From positions 8,876 to 72,875 of the IMG/VR virus record IMGVR_UViG_3300030372_002234: a stretch of DNA of 64,000 nucleotides; one strand, written 5' to 3'. This DNA comes from a virus. Its lineage: Duplodnaviria > Caudoviricetes. The notes below the pieces were generated by a model that ran no database searches, was not told the origin of the DNA, and saw nothing but the letters and a program-made list of their open reading frames with translations. Below, piece after piece: positions 56,601 to 62,874 of the stretch (position 1 is the stretch's first letter; each line of letters begins with the position of its first letter). The translations under genes were made by a program, and so were the position numbers.

Positions 56601-57350
56601 GTTAGGCAGCAACGTACTGATAGAGAAGATTCTACTCTTCTTGCTGAAGGTGCTACTACTGGCCCTGTTGTACACAAACGTGTGTCTCCTCCTTTGGGTC
56701 GTACTGCGTGTAACTCGGGGTGTGATGTAAACCTTACTAATCACAATCAATATAGTATTGATTCTACTTCTATTGATTGGTTAGTAAACAGCAGCCAAGC
56801 AACAAGTAAACAGTTAGCTATGTTCGGTATGGACGCTACGTCTAAAAGAATTACATCTAAGAAACCCGCTTATGCTTCTACTTTAATTACAGGTTTAAGC
56901 GGTAAAACGGCAGACGGTACAGTCTTGTCTGCTCTTGCAGGAGGGACGGATCAATTACAGTATCCGTCTGAAGCCCATAGTAACTTTATTGCATACGCTG
57001 AGAGTTTATCTTCTGGTAATCTTTTTGACAGGGGTATTCCAAACGTCGGTGGTATTACTTTACAGTGGGGTAACCCTAAAAATTATTACCATGACGTTTG
57101 TACTTTTAATAGCATTGCAGAAACTTGTAAAAGAAATCCTATTTTAGACGGAAGGAATACTACCCAGCCTCTTACTGTTGTAACAGAAAGTAGCGGTACG
57201 TATTCTTGGTCTACAAACACTCTTGCCGAGTGTGTAGGTAAATGTAAAATTGTTAGGGATCATTACTTTGTTGATAAAACAGATGCTGATAATAGAATTG
57301 ATTTAGATTGGATTCCTATTATTGATGAGTGTCGTTGTAGTGACGTTTAA
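50679..57350 (+). CDS. 2223-aa cysteine-rich putative receptor-binding / tailspike protein
   Basis: Dense Cys clusters (~51290-52500 and ~55040-55590); Ig-like block VSAFHSDGIASVAYYLDG..GVHEVRAK; beta-helix-like start TVYVG..SLYEAF..IVLIPG; follows the tail fibre gene. Confidence 0.65.
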   Translation: MSISNCNCGDCRGRGACCIKYIEGGFNDEAYFKITQTLDSNTSWFLDTATNNADEVALEGKSGLPPVLFDNMSQGITDVQIDVEKNVNSDLRTIRIRFASNDDRAQFQTNLNSNYPDEMFALNVKVNELFTDSVEPTHAFYRLTDGDNNKIVTNTNVGDVLTFMWRVSDIATTTFNTRNISLNVNTNSDAVPLIASSAPFTHRGCVNASNTECRNLQTCTFGKDPDIAFYLAGVPTGTASDDFITRETQGGCVPDPQGNCTSFPCSLQRCCGPSSVAWCVDNAEFLEPDGNCCCCKYLANLADTSNCADTCNYGCACNCCEGIGGQADDCSGDQVCDDIVVGCLNGPGLDVTCDDNFPTTCNCTCQGQACRPGRPFCVDGFYDIPGCAFCQDRADETDNYICVQASAEWCLAQNNLLNVEWSCFNGAKECVNPDAPDGGNSVCPCLDDIASPVTTGICGCAVDADGTFVPSCSGVAGACLANWADGTQSDCTSNQNFSVQFTNSDNEISDQLILETKVPYYNQIKPTACGCEGSCSEAATTPRIGHLDPCFSYGPDDSDLSCCPNWCDGICPVYNNITFKRINHCNITSNVFSCSNCSGDTPPTHMEGSLLKLTLDFNATSGIELQRTKNWNSYVANTPDNSTVIVTENNDYTVPSDAISLEWNNVLGINGSLFDSNQALIPSLVFKTTTDRNLVMNDFSNLSSDWKMQSYCYWDLRESSYPDWPWGGDQENPALADARDVYSLIEGLTWAHNGNHSIQSGKQLWMRVYTPNLRGLYKTPVAFNNCDGSASQYKYQIDHVYSGNSQYERGYTNTDCITKDGLDCTSDNTCKYGNPWETINDVLNQVAGGLNNTSYIDAGGSHIDPSPGDFQFPIKPHTHMFELWFVGEAVSGCEQNANNDYTPEFKLAAIVREVADCSSINIDRLNDNENQYRLYNDTCGSYYWQCKERSTKLSVYTLTDDGSNEPWNQALNTSYVNDEEETIYTDPAINGRSAPRKITLTPKSSGIFRTGTGDDVQDSVTTLTPTSSVAWNEDLWYHSDPKHSFDSVGKSIPQVAARWTELPFRNYAKDFLDESKTLKGFYLTVSAFHSDGIASVAYYLDGAKSGLGTANVVSPSEHPLEDTKAQIAKNDSGDLLTGLEEYTVAVNTTSLSTGVHEVRAKINPNVHRYGGTRGTARYLYGEPPTGDASVNTSDLTNVLKGSTSYQVISGQDFPFSKAQWPNDIPDGPPINNQETLSNFSNRMLGVDTSENNLNPMWGASNFWNLHNEGFNYYADGSDASSKTQTKYNSNNFIFSGTPQQELLLNGYESFWFNFNPTPLTVYVGQAGDSVPEDSSYFATSLYEAFQWLESNYTADNASLHDAEIVLIPGTSASPRKYSWPNAFSNESLPASVSWCQNALQKKSFVIRSKNPDDKDATILWFPPSLDRVEMPWNNFALHVRDLTVFTSTQRGETGKTCLHSSGTNCRLLVENVIFSSACSTGIKASALVDGSGNVICGDTLQRAANGSVTGQLDYSKCRNINTTTSNLECAKTTADCASITCCGAKSTAGCQECTGANCTTCRNNCTCRSTEIDWWPYFCSDNFDISTNGTNLTPVILCGNNDCTSDDSWACKGIFGNDIVTSSSFMCLGTQPQHCVVLGAFNHELMDMADADQWKLGMYGKDIEVNNVPGTSLKNPVLMKHILVDNYNKTLISDKGHGCIIDLWIKNADPLTTSMVPNMDIVEWENIGYDTYSLEAAKDYDLKFGSPNPRSVRNFNCFIENRMMINIKVDNSHARLLNIKGPGLKYRDFLANPNASISTHSGHHNNFGMASTRNFVFKDFHIEEKKESDQVFGTFPINHLYIDNFVISNCLDRDCDSTAEATDTCSYAGSGSLFPLISMNLETGYHTCLHYGKKPIQNLVLTNSLFQNLGTGKYARNKEGLKFYNVLNEQAVFQTAIDWGPFKRKAGNRYNIVKPDGTTQRFFWYGAFEPVITNVRQQRTDREDSTLLAEGATTGPVVHKRVSPPLGRTACNSGCDVNLTNHNQYSIDSTSIDWLVNSSQATSKQLAMFGMDATSKRITSKKPAYASTLITGLSGKTADGTVLSALAGGTDQLQYPSEAHSNFIAYAESLSSGNLFDRGIPNVGGITLQWGNPKNYYHDVCTFNSIAETCKRNPILDGRNTTQPLTVVTESSGTYSWSTNTLAECVGKCKIVRDHYFVDKTDADNRIDLDWIPIIDECRCSDV

Positions 57351-57359
57351 GGAGAACTT

Positions 57360-57608
57360 ATGTCTTGTGTTAATTTAGGTGTTTTGGATGAAAAACGAGT
57401 TTGTTTAATCGGAGAATTTAGCGGTAATCCTACTGAAGATAATTGTCTTAGTTGTGGTAAATACGATGGCCCTTCTAGAGGAATTGGGGATACAGTTAAA
57501 AATGTTATTAGCAAAGCTACAAGGGGTAAAGTTAAACCTTGTGGTGCTTGCCAGAAACGAAGAGAAGCCCTTAATAAGGTGATGGGGTATAAAAAGAAAG
57601 AGGAATAA
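57360..57608 (+). CDS. Small Cys-containing conserved phage protein
   Basis: CLSC..SRGIGDTVKNVI..KPCGACQKRREALN pattern. Confidence 0.7.
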   Translation: MSCVNLGVLDEKRVCLIGEFSGNPTEDNCLSCGKYDGPSRGIGDTVKNVISKATRGKVKPCGACQKRREALNKVMGYKKKEE

Positions 57609-57609
57609 T

Positions 57610-58434
57610 ATGACTTTAAATACTACGTCTACTACGGGCCTTCTAGGTGGACACACATGGAGATACGGATCTACTAACGATGACAAGAAAGCTGAAGCTG
57701 TTTTTAGTGTTACTGACGGAAATGGAGGTAATGCGTGGATTAATTCAAATACAGGCGATTACATTGAAATTACAAGTGCATCTGGAGTTACTCAGAATTT
57801 TATTTTTACTAGAAGAAGCGGCAGCAGCCCTGTTGCTACTGGAGAAGTAGTGGCCGCAGGAGATAATATTGGTAATAGCCGAAAAAGTAATGTTGCTGGT
57901 ATTACAGTAGGGTTAGCAAACAGTGATCAAGAAGCAGACACTTTAACTGGGTTAAAAGCGGCACTTGAAGATTCTGACTCTACTCTTAAAGATTTAATTA
58001 CTGCTGTTCAAGTAGGAGGTGATACTACCAATGGTCAGGTTACTCTGACTTTTACTCAAAAAGTAGGAGCCGCAGGTAATACTACCATAAAAGCTTATAC
58101 TTGGTCAGCCGGTACAGCTACCGATGGTACAAACACTGATGGTTCTGCTAATCCGGGTACTCCTATTTCGGGTACTTGGACTGACTTAGAACAAACGTTT
58201 CCTTTTAATTTTAGCGGAGGAAGCGATGGAAAACTTACTCCTTTTGAAGACGAGTTAGTTATTGAAGGTAAGTTTGTAAATACTGTAGCTGGATCTAATG
58301 AGAAAGCTGGGTTAACTAGAGTTAACAATAGTACAGCACTTACTGATCCTACTACAACCGCAGATGCTACCCAGTTAGGGAGAGCAAGAGATATTGCAAG
58401 GGCTTTCCTTGCTTACAAAAAGAAAAAGAAATGA
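57610..58434 (+). CDS. Putative virion decoration protein with an inserted repeat domain
   Basis: Thr/Gly-rich; contains the repeat unit found in the nozzle insertion; ends AFLAYKKKKK. Confidence 0.6.
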   Translation: MTLNTTSTTGLLGGHTWRYGSTNDDKKAEAVFSVTDGNGGNAWINSNTGDYIEITSASGVTQNFIFTRRSGSSPVATGEVVAAGDNIGNSRKSNVAGITVGLANSDQEADTLTGLKAALEDSDSTLKDLITAVQVGGDTTNGQVTLTFTQKVGAAGNTTIKAYTWSAGTATDGTNTDGSANPGTPISGTWTDLEQTFPFNFSGGSDGKLTPFEDELVIEGKFVNTVAGSNEKAGLTRVNNSTALTDPTTTADATQLGRARDIARAFLAYKKKKK

Positions 58435-58443
58435 GGTAATGTA

Positions 58444-58674
58444 ATGGCTTTAAATACTAACCCTACTGACGGAATTATTGCTACTACAGCGTGGAATAAC
58501 ACTACTAGTGATTTATTAGCTTTAGGTATTAGCGTAGCAGCTAAGGCTGGAGCAGCTTTAAGTGGATTAACTACAGTTGCAACTGGTACTACTTTAGATT
58601 GGACTCCAGATGATACAACTGAACAAAAACAATGTGCGGTTACTTTCTTCGCATATAAAAAGAAAAAGAAATGA
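58444..58674 (+). CDS. Small paralog of the upstream protein
   Basis: Similar N-terminus (MALNTNPTDG vs MTLNTTSTTG) and C-terminus FFAYKKKKK. Confidence 0.65.
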   Translation: MALNTNPTDGIIATTAWNNTTSDLLALGISVAAKAGAALSGLTTVATGTTLDWTPDDTTEQKQCAVTFFAYKKKKK

Positions 58675-58681
58675 GGCCACT

Positions 58682-58753
58682 ATGAAGGCTATTTATAAAA
58701 CGTTTATGAATTTCTTTAAAGGATTTTGGGAAGCTCTCAAAGTCTTTGGTAAA
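58682..58753 (+). CDS. 23-aa amphipathic cationic peptide
   Basis: GAGG SD 5 nt before ATG; MKAIYKTFMNFFKGFWEALKSLW. Confidence 0.4.
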
Positions 58754-58774
58754 ACAGTCTGGGAGGGGTAACCA

Positions 58775-59185
58775 ATGCCTATTGAATTGCTGTCCCTTAT
58801 CGGCGGAGGACTCTCCGGTTTTATCTTTAAATTAATTGGTTCTATGGTAGAACGACAGTCGGCTCTTGCTGAGTTGGCTATTAAGACCCAAGCTGCTGCT
58901 GATGACTCTGCTGACCGTGCGGAGGCACGGGGAGGTGCTGGCGGTACGTGGGTACGGCGATTCATTGTTATTACTGTTTTATTTGCAATGGTTGGTGCTC
59001 CCTTTATTCTCTCCTTCTTTGGTATCCCTACGTGGGTCGAAGGTGAGTTTGGTGGTATCTTTGGATTATTTACAGAACAGTTTCATGAAGTCAAAGGATT
59101 TCTTCTTGTTACTGAGTTGCGTACAGCCCTGATTGCTATTATTGGTTTTTATTTTGGGCAGTCCGCTGTCAGTTCAAGGAGATAA
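58775..59185 (+). CDS. Holin-like membrane protein
   Basis: Hydrophobic segments LLSLIGGGLSGFIFKLIG, FIVITVLFAMVGAPFILSFFGI and TALIAIIGFYFG. Confidence 0.55.
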   Translation: MPIELLSLIGGGLSGFIFKLIGSMVERQSALAELAIKTQAAADDSADRAEARGGAGGTWVRRFIVITVLFAMVGAPFILSFFGIPTWVEGEFGGIFGLFTEQFHEVKGFLLVTELRTALIAIIGFYFGQSAVSSRR

Positions 59186-59187
59186 TT

Positions 59188-59367
59188 ATGCCTGTCATGG
59201 ATGTTATTCCTATTGTAGAACTATTAATTGGTTCCGGTATTATAGGAATGTTATGGAAAATGAATGTTCAACTTGCTAGTTTGACGGAACAGTTAAAGAC
59301 TATATTTCGTCGAACAGAAGATCACGAATCACGAATTAGAGAAATCGAAAGAGGAAAAGATGCTTAA
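59188..59367 (+). CDS. Small membrane protein (transmembrane helix plus coiled coil)
   Basis: 59 aa, AAGGAG SD; VIPIVELLIGSGIIGMLW then LASLTEQLK..DHESRIREIE. Confidence 0.6.
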   Translation: MPVMDVIPIVELLIGSGIIGMLWKMNVQLASLTEQLKTIFRRTEDHESRIREIERGKDA

Positions 59368-59551
59368 TAAAATTAAGAATTTTTTAAAAGATGAACGCGG
59401 TATGCAGACCGCTGAGTATATGATTTTAGGCACCATTATGGGTGCTGGCTCAATTGGAGCAGTTAAGGCTGTCCGTGATGGGCAGACCGCTAAATTCGAG
59501 GAAATGACTGAAGCACTTAACACTAGTGCTGATGGAACTATTGGAGGTTAA
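59360..59551 (+). CDS. flp: Flp family type IVb pilin
   Basis: Basic leader MLNKIKNFLKDERG; mature MQTAEY (Glu+5, Tyr+6); hydrophobic helix MILGTIMGAGSIGAV; 63 aa. Confidence 0.85.
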   Translation: MLNKIKNFLKDERGMQTAEYMILGTIMGAGSIGAVKAVRDGQTAKFEEMTEALNTSADGTIGG

Positions 59552-59553
59552 CT

Positions 59554-59649
59554 ATGCCTAATTTTAAAGGAAAAAAGACTAGTAAAGCTAAAGTTAAAAA
59601 AGTTAAGACGGTTCCTAAACCTAAGGCAAAAAAAGTAAAGAGGTATTAA
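59554..59649 (+). CDS. Lysine-rich peptide
   Basis: GGAGG SD; MPNFKGKKTSKAKVKKVKTVPKPKAKKVKRY. Confidence 0.5.
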   Translation: MPNFKGKKTSKAKVKKVKTVPKPKAKKVKRY

Positions 59650-61194
59650 ATGAGTAAAGCAACAAGACAAAGCCACGGTATAGATGGTTTAATGACTATG
59701 ACTATTAGCGGTACTATTAATAGTCCTACCCCGGCTGCTCCACAAAAAGGACCGTGGTTTTCTCTTAAACAAAATCATAACGACTTATTAGCTCGGGGTA
59801 CTGAAGCTTATATTTTGTCTTACAGAGAAAACACTCTTGCTGCTTTACCCACTACTGGAAAAACGGGAGCAGCTAAATGGGTAATTCCTCAGATGTGGGA
59901 ACGAGAATGGAATCCGCGTTTAGGAGTATCGATTACTCCTTTAGATTTTAATAGTGAAAGCGATGGGACTAAACTTGTCCCTGAGTTGTGGTTAAAACCA
60001 GAAAATATTTTATTAACTACTGATGGAACTAAAGTAACTTCTTGGGAAGATTCTTCAGCTACTCCACAAAACTGGGACGCAGCTACTAACGATGAACCGC
60101 CTATTTCAACTGTTGAAAATGCTAATAGGTTTGCCGGTCCTTCTGGAAACGGAGTAAATAATAGCGGAACTTATTTAAACGCCTTAACCGACATGTTTGA
60201 TCTTCCCCCAGCAAGCGGCGGTACTCCCCAAAGCGGGTTTTTAATGTATTTTGTAGTTAAATTTGATTCACCTAATAACGTAACTGCTAATCAAACTTTA
60301 TTTGCTTGTGGTTCAAACGTAGCTACTACAGAGTGGAGAATATTTGCTAACAACTTCGATGGATTTGGAAGGGGTGATGTCGTTATTGAAGCTAAAGGAA
60401 CTGTAGAATACACTGCTTCTAATGCTATTGCTGCTAACGGAAATGACCCTACTATTATAGGTGTTGCTAGAACAACAGATGGTACTTTTGTATGCCGTGT
60501 TAACGGGGCTAACAAAACTTTTACTCATACTTCAGGAAGTGCTTTTCCTGACGTTGGTAACTTTGGTACTTCTAGTAGTTTAATATCCACTTTAAACACT
60601 ATATCCCCTACTGAATCAAATGTATTAAAAGGTACTCTTCTTGAAGCTTTTTACGTAAGAGAAAAAAATACCGCAGCCCTACAAGCAACTAATATTTCAG
60701 AGTTTTCTGGAGAAGCAACAGCAGGAGGAACAATAACAATAATTTCTAGTGACGGTACTGAAATTACTTATGCTGCCTATGCCTCTGGAGGAGGTGCCGC
60801 TAACGGTCAGCTTGATCCAAAAGGACGAGTAAAATTCCTTACTGACGCTAATACGACTACACAAGCAGCTAACCTTGTTGCTGCAATAAATGATACTACT
60901 AACGGCCACGGTGCTAAAATTACTGCATCAAATGGCGGTTCTAATCTTGTTATTTTGCAGCAAGCTTCTTTGGGAGCAGCAGGTAATACACCTATTACTA
61001 TTACCGGCTTGCCTACATTAAATTTTAATGCATCCTATAAATCCAGATTTCAAAACGGAGCAGCCGGAATTAATGTTCTTGATATGGAAAAAATTGAAAG
61101 TTATTTAGGGCACAAATTTGGTATTGCTTTACCAGATGCTCACCCTTATTCTAAAAAGTACAAAAGAAAATCTGCTATTGAAGCAGTAGTTTAA
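59650..61194 (+). CDS. Virion protein with a ConA/LamG-like domain plus the nozzle-type repeat
   Basis: PELWLKPE..KVTSWEDSS, VCRVNG, MEKIESYLGHKFG bracket a jelly-roll-like domain; ITIISSDGTEITY..ANLVAAIN..GNTPIT repeat. Confidence 0.65.
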   Translation: MSKATRQSHGIDGLMTMTISGTINSPTPAAPQKGPWFSLKQNHNDLLARGTEAYILSYRENTLAALPTTGKTGAAKWVIPQMWEREWNPRLGVSITPLDFNSESDGTKLVPELWLKPENILLTTDGTKVTSWEDSSATPQNWDAATNDEPPISTVENANRFAGPSGNGVNNSGTYLNALTDMFDLPPASGGTPQSGFLMYFVVKFDSPNNVTANQTLFACGSNVATTEWRIFANNFDGFGRGDVVIEAKGTVEYTASNAIAANGNDPTIIGVARTTDGTFVCRVNGANKTFTHTSGSAFPDVGNFGTSSSLISTLNTISPTESNVLKGTLLEAFYVREKNTAALQATNISEFSGEATAGGTITIISSDGTEITYAAYASGGGAANGQLDPKGRVKFLTDANTTTQAANLVAAINDTTNGHGAKITASNGGSNLVILQQASLGAAGNTPITITGLPTLNFNASYKSRFQNGAAGINVLDMEKIESYLGHKFGIALPDAHPYSKKYKRKSAIEAVV

Positions 61195-61208
61195 CGAAAG
61201 GTATTAAA

Positions 61209-61358
61209 GTGGCTAAAGAAGAAAAAAAGAAAAAAGCAGGTAAATCTGCTGCACGACCTAATAAATTAAAGGCTATTAGAAAATTAGCTGGCCGAAGAGC
61301 AGCTTCAAATAAAAACAGAGCAGCCCAGCGAAGCCGCACTAAGGGCGGAAGCCGGTAA
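61209..61358 (+). CDS. Small basic protein
   Basis: GTG start; 49 aa, very Lys/Arg-rich. Confidence 0.45.
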   Translation: MAKEEKKKKAGKSAARPNKLKAIRKLAGRRAASNKNRAAQRSRTKGGSR

Positions 61359-61371
61359 ATAAGGAGAAATC

Positions 61372-61824
61372 ATGTCATCTACAATCACACCAGCTACACT
61401 TACTGTGACTCACAGCGAGTCCGTGACCCTTAACGGGGTTGACCGTGGGGTTACTAATACATTAACGATTGCTTCAATTAACGAAATTGATCACCGAATC
61501 GTGTCTGTCGATACGTCGGCAGCTAGGACGCTTCTTACTCTCGGTGCTACCGTGGGTGCTGGGGCATTTATTAAAGCTAATATCAAGTATATTAGAATTA
61601 CTAACAAAGACAATACTAACTACGTTACCTTGGGTATGTTAGACACTAGCGGTGACACCGCTTATGTTAAGCTTGAAGCAGGTCAGACTTTTTGTATGTA
61701 CAACGACGATCTTGAAGCTAAGACCGATGGAGCAGCTTGGGCAGCATGGTCTGAGATTGATACGTTTAATGCTCAGGCCAACACTGCTGACGTTGACTTA
61801 GAGGTATTTGTCGCATCTACTTAA
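61372..61824 (+). CDS. Hypothetical structural protein
   Basis: AAGGAG SD; beta-rich 150 aa (LTVTHSESVTLNG..KYIRITNKD..VDLEVFVAS). Confidence 0.7.
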   Translation: MSSTITPATLTVTHSESVTLNGVDRGVTNTLTIASINEIDHRIVSVDTSAARTLLTLGATVGAGAFIKANIKYIRITNKDNTNYVTLGMLDTSGDTAYVKLEAGQTFCMYNDDLEAKTDGAAWAAWSEIDTFNAQANTADVDLEVFVAST

Positions 61825-61833
61825 TGGAGAGCT

Positions 61834-62034
61834 ATGAGTAATATCTCAGCACTAAAAAATAAATTAATTAATAGATTGTCAGAAGATCTTGATGACGAAT
61901 CTAAATGCACACCCGGTCTTTATCAGGTTGTGTGCCGTGTGATTGTTGATTTTAAAGATGAAATTGATCTTGAGGGCATTGAACAAACTGTTAATAAGAT
62001 GTCTTTAGATCCTCCGTTTAAATTTGGGACTTAA
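61834..62034 (+). CDS. terS: Terminase small subunit (T7 gp18-like)
   Basis: LINRLSEDLDDESKCTPGLYQVV resembles the gp18 L..DL.DEE..TP.LY pattern; upstream of the large terminase. Confidence 0.65.
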   Translation: MSNISALKNKLINRLSEDLDDESKCTPGLYQVVCRVIVDFKDEIDLEGIEQTVNKMSLDPPFKFGT

Positions 62035-62047
62035 TTGTTCGCTACCT

Positions 62048-62110
62048 TGGTTCTGTTGAACTTACCAACAGGGCCAGTCAGACCCACCTTGGGGTAAAAT
62101 CCAAGGTGGG
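62048..62110 (+). other. Tandem intergenic hairpins
   Basis: TGGTTCTGTTG/CAACAGGGCCA and a perfect CCCACCTTGG/CCAAGGTGGG stem. Confidence 0.55.
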
Positions 62111-62126
62111 CATTCAAGGAGATACT

Positions 62127-62381
62127 ATGCCAGCAGGAAAAAAGAATTCTAAATATTACTACGATAGAAATCCTAAATCAAAAGAAAAGAAAAAATCTTA
62201 TGACACTTCTTATCATAGTACACCAGCACGTAAAAAGTATCGAGCAAAGTTAAACGCTGCTAACCGTAAGGCAGGTACTTATGGTAACGGCGATGGTAAA
62301 GATATGTCCCACACTAAATCGGGGCGTATCGTTAAAGAAAAGGCTTCCCGCAATCGGGCTAGAAACAGAGGTCGTAAATGA
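62127..62381 (+). CDS. Basic protein with a degenerate HNH-like tail
   Basis: AAGGAG SD; GNGDGKDMSH...SRNRAR pattern. Confidence 0.55.
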   Translation: MPAGKKNSKYYYDRNPKSKEKKKSYDTSYHSTPARKKYRAKLNAANRKAGTYGNGDGKDMSHTKSGRIVKEKASRNRARNRGRK

Positions 62382-62527
62382 GTTTATATCGTAATATCCA
62401 TAAAAAAAGAAAAAGCGGAAAACCCATGAGAAAAAAGGGAGCTAAAGGTGCCCCCAGTGATCAGGACTTTAAGAATGCGGCTAAGACCGCCAAGAAAAGA
62501 AAGCCTAAGAAAAATGGGAAAAAGTAA
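62378..62527 (+). CDS. Small basic conserved phage protein
   Basis: MSLYRNIHKKRKSGKPMRKKGAKGAPSDQDFKNAAKTAKK...; ATGA overlap. Confidence 0.65.
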   Translation: MSLYRNIHKKRKSGKPMRKKGAKGAPSDQDFKNAAKTAKKRKPKKNGKK

Positions 62528-62630
62528 ATTTAAATGTGCGTGTGGCACCACTACTCGAAACACCGGCAAAGATGTTAAGAAACTATTAGCACCACGTAAG
62601 GAGAAGTCCTATGGCAAAAAGAAAAAGTAA
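62514..62630 (+). CDS. Small basic peptide
   Basis: MGKSKFKCACGTTTRNTGKDVKKLLAPRKEKSYGKKKK; overlaps both neighbours. Confidence 0.4.
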   Translation: MGKSKFKCACGTTTRNTGKDVKKLLAPRKEKSYGKKKK

Positions 62631-62874
62631 AGGAGCCATGAAAGGTTGTAATATCGGTAATGGCTGTAAAAGCAAAAAGGGTGGTCTTACTGCAAAAGGC
62701 CGTCGAATGATTAACCGTAAAACTGGCTCTAAGCTTAAAGCCCCTCAGCCCGGTGGTGGTTCTCGTAAGAAAAGTTACTGCGCTCGGTCTGCCGGTCAAA
62801 TGAAAAAGTTCCCTAAAGCTGCTAAAGATCCTAACAGCCGTTTACGAAAAGCAAGGCGAAGGTGGAAATGTTAA
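62611..62874 (+). CDS. DUF6321-like basic protein
   Basis: KGGLTAKGRR..TGSKLKAP..RKKSYCARS.GQ..AAKDPNSRLRKARRRWKC. Confidence 0.7.
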   Translation: MAKRKSKGAMKGCNIGNGCKSKKGGLTAKGRRMINRKTGSKLKAPQPGGGSRKKSYCARSAGQMKKFPKAAKDPNSRLRKARRRWKC

